Shown piece after piece: positions 1 to 9,523 of a stretch of 20,000 nucleotides of DNA. Under the pieces are notes generated by a model. The model had not been told where the DNA came from, searched no databases, and was given only the letters and a program-made list of their open reading frames with translations. The position numbers and the translations under genes are program-made. How positions within the stretch are numbered: the first letter of the stretch is position 1; every line of letters starts with the position of its first letter. The stretch is from Coniocarpon cinnabarinum (taxonomy: Eukaryota): NCBI GenBank assembly GCA_051942205.1, contig JAVECO010000002.1, positions 299,695-319,694 on the forward strand, read 5' to 3'.

Positions 1-52
1 GGGCATCGTTGTTCGCGATCTTCCGCTGCCGCGCGACTTCGTAGGCATTCAT
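1..52 (-). CDS. Probable 5' end of a gene running off the left edge; N-terminus MNAYEVARQRKIANNDA
   Basis: Minus-strand ATG at 52-50, open to the window edge. The peptide fits the YE-x2-R-x3-I-x2-N helix seen at the N-termini of several nuclear proteins (e.g. Cmr1/WDR76-like). Only 17 codons are visible, so no product can be assigned. Confidence 0.5.
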   Translation of the reverse strand, partial: MNAYEVARQRKIANNDA

Positions 53-362
53 CGCGCGATGTGGTATTAACCAGATGGAGTAGACTCGTAGATGTATTCT
101 CGTAGGAGCACAACAAGCTCCGCAGCACGCGTCATGATGTCACGCGTATTCGCGGCGTGGAAGGCTCTCCTACATTAGTTGAATCTCAAGCCCGCAGAGC
201 CCCACTGAAACGCCTGCTGGTACGCTAGTTGGCGCTAGCGCTAGCGGGGTCTAGCGGCGCTAAAAAGGTCCCACACTTAGCAGCAGCAAGAGCGCAGGTA
301 CAACTCGTATCTTGTTCAACAGCATTTGCTCTACTCTCGCTTCGTCTACACAAGTGCAAAGC

Positions 363-402
363 CTGCTCGGCGCTGCTCGGCGCTGCTCGACGCTGCTCGA
401 CG
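363..402. repeat. Tandem repeat, 4 x 10 bp (CTGCTCGRCG)
   Basis: Read directly: ctgctcggcg ctgctcggcg ctgctcgacg ctgctcgacg. Confidence 0.9.
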
Positions 403-814
403 GACACACGTACCCTCAGATCCCTACTCACGGTCAGGTATCCCAACTGGCATCTCGCTACTCTTGCCCAAGACTCCTTCACCGGCCGCCGAGCTTCCAA
501 GGTGGGGTGCTCACCCATTGCTCGCTGCACACTCTTGTAAGGCAGCAGCTCCAACGCATTCGCTTCTCGCGCACCACTTCCAAGGTTCGCACGTCTGCCC
601 GCTGTCCGCCTGCATAGACGGCGTCTCAGCTCCTCTCAGCCACCGTCGTTGCCCCTTTGGCTCTGTCGCTTTCGTCTCAATCGTGTGTGCTGCCTGGGTC
701 TAAGCACCGATCACCTGAGGCATAAGCCCCGCGGAAAGGCTTGTGGCCACTTCGGTCAAAGTCCTTGCTGCTGCTTCGCTCTGTGTCGGATCCTTTGCAA
801 CACATTCGTCAAGA

Positions 815-3623
815 ATGGTGACGACACGTGGTAGCACCAAGTCCGCTGCTCTGCCACAGCCACCTAGTCCCAGCGAGACGCCGTCGACTGTTAACCCCAA
901 ATCGCTGTTCACCAAACCCAAGCAGAAGGATGCGTCGGATTCTCGGAAATCTGAGCTGCTTCAAACCCAACAGCCGGAAGAAGTCATCTCGTCACCAGCT
1001 CCTCGAAAAATCACCGGCAAACGCAAGCGCGCCAGTGGAGCTCGAGAAGACCCCCATGTGAGTGCTCTCAGGTGTGTCATGTTGCTTCTTTATTTGGGTA
1101 TTAATACTTACATGGTTCGGTCGTAGTAGGGACATCGAGCTAAATGAGGATGCTGACGCTGAGCCCTTGTCCGAAGACGTCGACCGTCCAACGTTCCATG
1201 CGGAAGCCATTAAGGATTTCCTAGCGCACCTCAAGAAGCACGCCAAGTGCCAAAAATGCGGGGCCGACCTGGAAAGAAGTCTGGAGCTACGAGCACATGT
1301 GGAATCTCGTTGTCCTCCACCCATAGATGGCACAAGAGATGCCTACAATGAACAGGTCTCTGGCCCTGCCATGTTGTCCAGCTCGCACTGTCCATCTAAC
1401 TTTTGCCATGCAATGACTTGTCTCGGCTGTGGACTCAACATCGGCTTGAACTCGGCTTCGCAGCCGCATAATCACTGCCTCTATGGCTGCCCAGGAGGAT
1501 GGTATGTTTCACTCTGGTTGCAACTGGCTTACGCAGGGGCTATGAGAGCTCCGCCTACAGACGCTGAATTTGTCGATGCTCGCAGCAGGAGGTCCAGCGC
1601 GAAATCAAATGCCTCCAAAGCAAGCAGACATTCCAATCGACCACCTGTTCCTGCTGGAACTGGTTACGCGTCTGGGAATCCCAGCTTGTCAGAGGTCGAT
1701 GAGGGGAAAACACGGACCCAAGCTGCACTGGAAGAGAAACGTGCTGACATGCGTGATACCATGATCTTCACCGTCATTGCTGACCTCCTTGCAAACAAAC
1801 CAAGCATCGATGCTCAAGATGAAGAAATCCAGCCTCCAACTAGGAGATCCAAATACTCACAGAAACCACGACTTTATGGGGACAGCTTAAAACCACCTTA
1901 CGAAGATTCTGCACTCATCCCCAGCTTATTTCACTGGTCAGGTGTGCTTGAAAGCCTGGCTCGTCTATTTCGTAATGACTCCTTGGAAGAAGCGCATAAG
2001 CGCCAAGATGTCTATGATGCTGCTCTCCGCCTGGTTGACGTCTTGCTAACGTTCGACGGGCGGATCGCAGAGCTCATAACTCGGAAGACATTTAATGCTG
2101 TGAAGGCTCTGGATAGCGTATCAACAACGACTTTTACCATGTTTCCAGTTCTGGTGAAGAGCTTGGATGAGGACAACACGTTGACACCCTCCCGAGTAAT
2201 TGACTTCGAAGGGCCCTCTATAGCAGAGTCTATGGACAACATTCTCATGGCATGTGAAACACTCAGCAATGCCGCTGCAAAAATGCCGAGAATCTACAAG
2301 GACCGCAGCAGCCGGGACATGCTCTACTTTGCTAGTCGCTTCCAGAATATTGGAAAACGTGTTGGCAGGGATGTCACTCAACAAGGGATTTCCAACCAGA
2401 AATCTACGGATAGTCTGCCTCAAGCCAGCTCGAGTCATAATCGTTTCGAGATGATCGATGAAGCAGAAATCACCAACAGATTCATGCGTCACAAAGAGGT
2501 TGGCTTTAAACTGTCCTCGACCAGCTCAAATCAGCGCATGCGAACTTTACACAAGGAAGTTGGCATGCTGCGTACCTCTCTTCCTCCTGGCATTTGGGTC
2601 AAGATGGCGTCAAACCGTCCCGATATCATGAAAGCACTCATTGTTGGTCCAGAAGGAACTCCGTATGAAGCTGGTCTGTTCGAGTTTGACATTTTCTGTC
2701 CGAAAGACTACCCCCGTACACCCCCAAAGGTCGAGTGCGCCACTGCGGCGCGCGATGAGGCTCGTCCATTCTCGCTCAATCCTAATTTGTACAACACTGG
2801 ATACGTGTGTCTTTCAGTCATAAACACGTGGCATGGCGCGAAGCAGGAGCAGTGGCAACCTGGACAGAGCACGCTCTTGCAGGTGTTGATTTCTATTCAA
2901 TCAATGGTCCTTGGTACTGCGACTCCAGCCGATAACGAGCCCGGAGGACTCGGGATATCCCACAAAGATTACAACCGAAGTGTGCATCCTGGTACGATTA
3001 AGGCGGCTCTCCTGCCGTGGTTGAATGCAGAGGAGCTGCGAAGAGGCGTCTGGAAATCTGAGATAGAGGATTATTTCAAGGCGAACGCAACTCAGATTCT
3101 GGAGACTGTACGTCAATGGGGCAGTGACAATAAGCGCATTACCGCATATCAGTCCCACAGCTATGTCCCAGCAATCCCGCCGAACGCGTTCATTCCCGTC
3201 CATCTTGCTGTTCCACCGGTTCCCACGCCTAGCACTGCTGTACCCGCTGTGCATGGCAATATTCCAGCATTACCCCAAATAGGTGCTAACCCACCAGCCA
3301 ATGCAGCCGCAAGTGCTACCGCTTCTGAAACTACCACGAATCATCCTTCGCACGCAGGCGCAAATTCCCAATCCTTAGACGTGTTGCTAAGCGATGGCCA
3401 ACAACACGGGCACTGGAGTGAGATGGCGGGTTCGTTCCTCAATGACCAACAAAACATGGAACATCCTGAAGACGTGCCATTGCCACTGCCGCCGCCTCCA
3501 CCGCACATTTCAGATGCCGAGCTTCAAGCCTTTCAGGCGATTCGGTCAAAGGGCCCGAGTGAGAGACCAAAGCCTATCAATCTTGTTACTGAACTCGAAA
3601 AGGCGCTCAAAGAGTTCCTCTAG
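815..3623 (+). CDS. Large ubiquitin-conjugating (E2) enzyme, BIRC6/UBE2O-like UBC family, about 916 aa, 2 exons
   Basis: Exon 1 815-1071 (MVTTRGSTK..., basic KITGKRKR patch). Intron from AG|GTGTGT at 1072 to TAG at 1126 or 1129 (both phase 2, frame-preserving). Exon 2 to TAG 3623. UBC domain: RMRTLHKEVGMLRTSLPPGIWVK...IVGPEGTPYEAGLFEFDIFCPKDYPRTPPKV...LNPNLYNTGYVCLSVINTW...STLLQVLISIQSMVL. NPN in place of HPN, plus the catalytic Cys, is typical of the BIRC6/UBE2O/UBE2Z class. Confidence 0.9.
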
Positions 3624-4619
3624 CAGGGGGATGCTCGTAAAAGACCCGCTGACTCTGAACATATACTGGAGCAGAAGGATGTACTTGGAAGTACATCTGA
3701 CTCTGTGCATGTGCTTGAGCCAGAAGCAGATTCCCAGCACCAAGCAATACCACAGATCATCGGCAGTACGTGGACGGAGGTCATATCTTCTGATGATGTG
3801 GATCCAGTCATCAGCCCATTCGCTGACGAGGATTCGGAGGAGCTAGATACTGGTTGGTCTGACGCGGATCTGGAGATGTACATCCAGGACGCTCTCACAA
3901 CTCACTAGAAACTAGTGTACCTAACCTGCGTGGCTACTACACCAATGAGCAATGGCAAAAGGTTCGTGGCAGACGCAAGAGATGGTTTAATGAGTCTCAA
4001 GCGAAAGCAAAATCTAACTGTAGTCGTGCTTATGCGCCGACTTCATTGCGGCATCTGATCTACATACGCAAGTCGCCAACTGCTTCGTTCGATGTGTTCA
4101 GGCCAGCACGCCAGTGCTGTGATTGACATGAGAGCCGAGAATACTTTGGCAGAGTCGTCGTAATGAGTTAACAGTTCTGCTTGACGGTGCAAGTTGATTC
4201 AAGGAGACGATAAACAAGTCCTACAGCCTCGCACCTCACACACGGTCCCTACATCGCAGAAGTGAAAATCTTCACGACGCTACTCAGGCCATGCCAATGG
4301 TATGTTTCCTTTAGTCTGGATGGAATGGAGGATCTGGCAGAATGATATGGGCACACGAGCATGGACGGACTTGCTGATTGAATCCAAGTAAGTGAGCACA
4401 CGCATCCATCTCGTAGAGTCCGGCCTTTAGCATGTTGCCACTTCACTCGATTCTGTGATATAGCCAGACTCGCAGTATGATCCTCGATGTCGTCTTGATT
4501 CGATTTACTATCTATGCCTTTTCCAAGACACCTGATGCTTCTGCCTCGCCAAATTTTAGTGATCCCCTTCTATCTCCCTGCCCCTCGTGCACACGACTTA
4601 TGCAACTGAACCCCCTGTC

Positions 4620-5389
4620 TTACTTCTCATACACCCAACCCTCCTGCGCGCTCTTCCACTGCACGACCTCCTTGTCCCCAAACCACAGCTCAATCTCCTT
4701 TTTCGCACTATCAACGGCGTCGCTTCCGTGGCAGATGTTGCGCCCGACTTCAATGGCGTAGTCGCCACGGATGGTACCTGGATTGGAGGCCAGTGGGTTC
4801 GTGGCACCGAGCATGTTGCGGCCTTGTTTTACGACGTCTTTGCCTTCCCAGACCATGGCGCAGATGGGGCCGCTGCCCATATCTGTGTGTGGTTGTTAGT
4901 GGTGTGATCTTGAGAAGCGTGTACTGCTCAGGCGCGTGAGGAGCACATAGGAGAGTGTGGGCAAGTGGGGTGACGCACAGGCGACGAGGCCTTTGAAAAA
5001 GGGCTTATCGGAGAGATCGGCATAGTGCTTTTCGAGGTGTTCTTTGCTTGCGGTCACCAGCTTGAGGGCAATGAGCTTGTATCTGTTTGTGACTGTGGTC
5101 AGTTGCGGTGCTGTGTTTCGCAGTGTGTGTGCGTTGTCCAACGTACCCGCGCTGCTCGAAGCGGGAGATGATAGGGCCGACGAGGCCACGCTGTCAGGCT
5201 CGTCAGTCGGGGCCGTAATAGAATCTTTCGTGAAAGTCAAAGTTGAGATGTGCCTGTATGGGGATCGGTGAAGGTGTACCTGGACGCCGTCTGGCTTGAT
5301 AGCGATGAAGCTGGGGAAACATTAGTCTGCAATCCATTGAATTGGGAAATGCGCAATCGAGGTGCTCCTCACGTTCGTTCAGTGGCCAT
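4620..5389 (-). CDS. ndk1: Nucleoside diphosphate kinase, 152 aa, 5 exons
   Basis: Exons 5389-5373, 5310-5280, 5190-5147, 5082-4979, 4882-4620 (459 nt), all GT-AG introns. Protein [34 protein letters not shown]...[21 protein letters not shown]...WVYEK, with the NxxHGSD phospho-His motif. Confidence 0.98.
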
Positions 5390-5619
5390 GGCTGCTTGGG
5401 ACTGGAAGTATGTGTTGCTGCTGGAATCTCGCGTGTGATTTCTGGTTGAATGTCGAGCTATTCTAGAAGTCTGGAAATTTAGATGTATCGAAAAATAATT
5501 TGGTGGGGCAGCCAGTTTCAAGTGGGATGATCACATCCATGCTGATGCCGCCCCCATGACCTTCACGTCTCATTGGCAACGACTTTGCTTGTTTTCGCCG
5601 ATGTCACAGTAATTCTACT
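5390..5619. promoter_or_regulatory. Short divergent intergenic region (probable bidirectional promoter) between ndk1 and the FMO gene
   Basis: Head-to-head ATGs at 5389 (-) and 5620 (+) are 230 bp apart, with an AT-rich patch at about 5476-5500. Confidence 0.6.
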
Positions 5620-7390
5620 ATGCAAGCAGCCAGACGACTTCGTGACATCAAGCGTGTCTGTATAATAGGGGCTGGTCCCGCTGGAATAGCAGCTGCCAAG
5701 TAAGACCGCCGGTGGTTGTCAAAATGGACGCCACACACATGCTGACGGAGCAAGACACCTGGTCGCGGAACAATGCTTCGACGAAATCGACATCTTCGAC
5801 CAGAGAAGCAGCGTTGGCGGTGTTTGGAACTATGAGCCTCAGAATGATGACCTCACGCAATGTCCGGTCCCGCACACCGATCCTGAAGTGCCACTAGAGA
5901 CTCCGAGGTGGTATGGCAAGCCTCCACGAGCGACCTACCAGTCGCCTGTGTATGCTCGTCTGGAAGGTAGAGATTCTTCCAACGATGACCTTGTCGTTCT
6001 AGAGTGGCTAGCTGAGTGTTGTAGCAAATCTTCCAAAAATGCTCATGCAGCACTCGGATCTTGATTTTCCCAAAGAGATACAGCTTTTTCCTACGCGGAC
6101 CGAGATCATGGACTATCTCGATCGGTATGCTGAAGATGTATGCACTTGCACTGCAATATCTTGATTGTTCGAGCGTCAATATCCCTTTAGGCGCTGAGCT
6201 AGCCAGGAGCCATTAAGCTTTTACAGCCGCGTAGCTATGCATAGTTAACGCCGACCAGGTCAAGCACCTGATCGTACCGGAGTCTCAGATTCAGCGAGTG
6301 GAGAAGCGAGATGTTGTCGGTGCTAAATGGTCAGTCAGCCTCACCGACCTCAGGAACGGGCATCACCGAGTCCGTGAATACGATGCAGTTGCGGCTGCCT
6401 GCGGCCATTACACAGAACCTTTCATTCCCAAGTATGAGGGCATAGATCGCTTCAATCGCCGGCATCCGAGTGTCATCTCACATTCCAAGTGGTTTGACCG
6501 ACCAGAGAATTACTGTGAAAGGGTACGTTACGGCTCGAGCAGCCCGAACCGCCATGACTGGAAGCTGACGTGAGTTTTAGAAAGTTCTGGTGATCGGAAT
6601 GGGTCCATCTGGGTCAGACATTGCTGCACAGATTGTCGAATACTGCGAGAAGCCTTTGCTCGTATCGACGAGATCAACGCCCTTGAATTTACCGTCGAAA
6701 GCATTGTCGCTGCCTGCGATAGAGTCGTTCATCCCGGAGAAGCGATCAGTTCGTTTCGTCGATGGTCGAGTAGAACGAGAACTAGACACAATCCTTTTCT
6801 GTACGGGCTACCTGTACTGCTACCCCTTTTTGTCACCCGATCTACGACGGAACCTCATTTATCCACCAGCTGAACACAAATCGAAATTCAACCCTGGTGA
6901 GCGATGCCGAAATGTCTTTCAACATCTCTTTTATACTCCGGACCCCACCCTGGCGTTCTTCACGTTACCCTGGAACATCGTGCCGTTCCCTGTTGCTGAA
7001 GTTCAAGCTGCTGTCGTAGCACGAGCATGGGCCGGGCGACTGCAACTACCGAACGAAACGTCAATGAGGCAATGGCAGGACGACACGGAATCGGAGAAGG
7101 GAACGGGAAAAGCCTTTCACAAGCTTGCACCCCCGAGTGATGTAGAATACATCAACTCCCTCTCAAGCTGGGCTGAAGAGGCGATTAGTCTCAACGGTGC
7201 ACACTCTCCAGTCAATGGCTCTCCGAGATCTCCATCAACCGAGCTTGGTCGCAAGCCTCCGTACTGGGGCCCTCGACATCGATGGATGCGCGTGAATGTG
7301 CCCAAATTTAAGAAAGCTTTTGCGGAGAAGGGTGAAGCTCGTCATTGCGTGACCACCCTAGAAGAGCTCGGATTTCATTTTGAGGGTTGA
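5620..7390 (+). CDS. fmo1: Flavin-containing monooxygenase (class B, yeast Fmo1/thiol-specific type), about 492 aa, 5 exons
   Basis: Exons 5620-5699, 5755-5966, 6025-6137, 6259-6522, 6581-7390 (1479 nt). Motifs: FAD-binding VCIIGAGPAG, GGVWNY, SPVYARLEANLP, ACGHY, FMO-type ISHSKWF, NADP-binding VLVIGMGPSGSDI, ILFCTGY. The gene symbol rests on family resemblance only. Confidence 0.92.
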
Positions 7391-7546
7391 GAATCATTTC
7401 ACTCTGATGCTGTATTTTAATTCTGGCGAAAAGCTCGCGTGCGTACACGGAGCCTTGCGCCGACTCCATCCAGACTTGCGATACCCTGCGCAGATTCGCG
7501 TCGCGTCAACAATGGAACCTACCTAGACGCGTCTTCATATTAGAGT

Positions 7547-7556
7547 ATGACGTCAT
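7547..7556. promoter_or_regulatory. Palindromic bZIP site ATGACGTCAT (fits the CYS3/MetR consensus ATGRYRYCAT and the CRE TGACGTCA)
   Basis: Perfect 10-bp palindrome about 275 bp upstream of the sulfite oxidase ATG. Function is inferred. Confidence 0.5.
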
Positions 7557-7828
7557 TTCTACTTGACTGTCCCCTTTTGAGTGGAAGATGAACATCTCCA
7601 TCACGCTGGGCTATGTGATGCCCGTACTTCGCTGTGCCATGGCAACATGACTTAGCCACTGATTCCACGAACAAGCATCGTCGCCTTTGAACGTCAGCTG
7701 TCCATCGATTGCATTGCAAATCACAAGGCGCACTGGAGGCTTGAGTGAATCAGACTTTTTTTTTGACCCGGTTACTTGAGAGCAACTAGACTTGCGATCG
7801 ATTCATACTTAATTACACCTAACTTCTA

Positions 7829-9523
7829 ATGAACGCAAGCAGACTTTCCGCTCGGGTTGCATCGCAAAGAGTCAAGATTTTGAATTCGAGATCTTCAAAT
7901 GCTTTTACATGCAATCGGCCAGAAGCTCTTGCACCTTTGCAGGGCTTTCAAAAGAGAGCCTGCATACATAGTCGCAATGTCCGAGGGTATCGTCGTCCAA
8001 CTCGAGCGGTGCAGTTTTTTTCCCCGCTCGCTATAGCGATTTCTCTGCTATCCGCTTGCTGCTTTGCCACTGCTGAAGCTTATGCTGAGTCTGCGCCTGC
8101 ACCCCGGCACATAAGATTGTCTGAAGTGCGTGAACATGGAGGAAATGCGGAGCGCGTCTGGGTCATTAAAGGGGAGTGTGTATATGATATTACAGATTGG
8201 ATACCGAACCATCCCGGCGGTGAGGTTATTCTGAGAGCGGCAGGAAACAATATCGATCAGTACTGGGACATATTCAGCATCCACCAAAAGCAAGACGTAT
8301 ACGACATTCTGGAGCAATATTTGATAGGCGTTATCGATCCGCAGGATCTGATTGATGGCAAGGTTCCTGACGATGCTATCGACGATCCTTTCAAGACGGA
8401 CCCAGAGCGCGATGAGCGCTTGAAAATTTTAAGCTCTCGACCCTGCAATGCAGAAACGCCGCAGAACGAGCTCGATCAATTCATCACACCAAATGAAGTA
8501 TTCTACGTACGCAACCACCTTTGGACCCCATATTTCAAAACAGTAGATGACTACAAACTGACTGTTGAATTGAATGACGGCGAGGAGAAAGAATATACCC
8601 TGGACGAACTTCGCACACGGTTTGCCAAGCATACTGTGACAGCAGTGCTGCAATGCTCAGGTAATCGACGTTCTCACATGAACGCAGGCTCAAGACAAAC
8701 CCAGGGCTTGGCATGGGGCGTTGGAGCGATCGGAAACGCCGAGTGGACTGGAGTGCGACTGCGTGACGTGCTGAAAGACGCAGGTTTGGCGATTGACGAA
8801 CTTCCAGACGACGTAAAGCACGCTCAGTTCTCGGGCTCAGAAGCATACGGTGCATCCATTCCGATTGAGAAGGCAGTCGACAAGCGTGGTGATGTTCTTT
8901 TAGCTTACGAAATGAATGGCAAGGAGCTTCCACAAGACCATGGCTATCCATTGCGTGTCATTGTGCCGGGACACGTGGCAGCACGAAGCGTGAAGTGGGT
9001 CAAACGGATCGTTGCAGCTGAAGAAGAGTCTCAGTCTCAGTGGCAGCAACGCGACTACAAATGTTTTGGACCGAATCAGTCATCCGGTGATATTGACTGG
9101 GCTCAGGCACCCGCCATTCAGGAGCTACCTGTCCAAAGCGCCTTCACCAAAATGGAGGAATTGCCCGGCAAGAATAGGAATCTGCTTGAGGTCTACGGCA
9201 TGAATCAGGATGCGATCTCTTTGCAAGGCTATGCATTCTCCGGCGGCGGTCGCAGGATCATCCGCGTAGATATCAGCGCTGATGATGGCAAGACCTGGAA
9301 GCAAGCCGAACTCATTCGGGAGGAGCACCACGGTTACAAGGCTTGGTCGTGGCAGCGCTGGCGGATAGCGATCCCTAGAGATCAAGCTGGACGATGGTTC
9401 ACGGTCAAGGCCGTCGATGAAGCGTATCAGGCGCAGCCAGAGAGCCATGAGTCTAACTGGAATTTCAGGGGAAACCTTACCACAGCTTGGCACCGCATTA
9501 GATACGAACGTCCTGAAATCTGA
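7829..9523 (+). CDS. SUOX: Sulfite oxidase, mitochondrial precursor (cytochrome b5 + Moco + dimerisation domains), 564 aa, intronless
   Basis: Arg/Ser-rich presequence followed by a hydrophobic segment. Cytochrome b5 motif VYDITDWIPNHPGG. Moco domain FYVRNH, LQCSGNRR (Mo-ligand Cys), GAIGNAEWTGVRLRDVL, DHGYPLRVIVPGHVAARSVKW. C-terminal GYAFSGGGRRIIRVDIS and WNFRG. Confidence 0.95.
   Translation: MNASRLSARVASQRVKILNSRSSNAFTCNRPEALAPLQGFQKRACIHSRNVRGYRRPTRAVQFFSPLAIAISLLSACCFATAEAYAESAPAPRHIRLSEVREHGGNAERVWVIKGECVYDITDWIPNHPGGEVILRAAGNNIDQYWDIFSIHQKQDVYDILEQYLIGVIDPQDLIDGKVPDDAIDDPFKTDPERDERLKILSSRPCNAETPQNELDQFITPNEVFYVRNHLWTPYFKTVDDYKLTVELNDGEEKEYTLDELRTRFAKHTVTAVLQCSGNRRSHMNAGSRQTQGLAWGVGAIGNAEWTGVRLRDVLKDAGLAIDELPDDVKHAQFSGSEAYGASIPIEKAVDKRGDVLLAYEMNGKELPQDHGYPLRVIVPGHVAARSVKWVKRIVAAEEESQSQWQQRDYKCFGPNQSSGDIDWAQAPAIQELPVQSAFTKMEELPGKNRNLLEVYGMNQDAISLQGYAFSGGGRRIIRVDISADDGKTWKQAELIREEHHGYKAWSWQRWRIAIPRDQAGRWFTVKAVDEAYQAQPESHESNWNFRGNLTTAWHRIRYERPEI

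Noticed and set aside
1062..1126. Listed start of the 853-aa ORF (MLSGVSCCFFIWVL...) as a signal peptide
   Set aside because: It begins at GTG and is mostly intron sequence. The ATG at 815 with one intron explains the gene.
3559..3626. Intron GTGAGA...TAG/CAG that might bypass the UBC stop codon
   Set aside because: The donor is phase 1 and the acceptors are phase 0, so it would not join the extension in frame. The branch site is also poor.
4500..4622. Cryptic peroxisomal read-through extension of ndk1 or the other genes
   Set aside because: None of the six complete genes has the TGA-CTA stop context, and the ndk1 extension does not end in a PTS1-like tripeptide.
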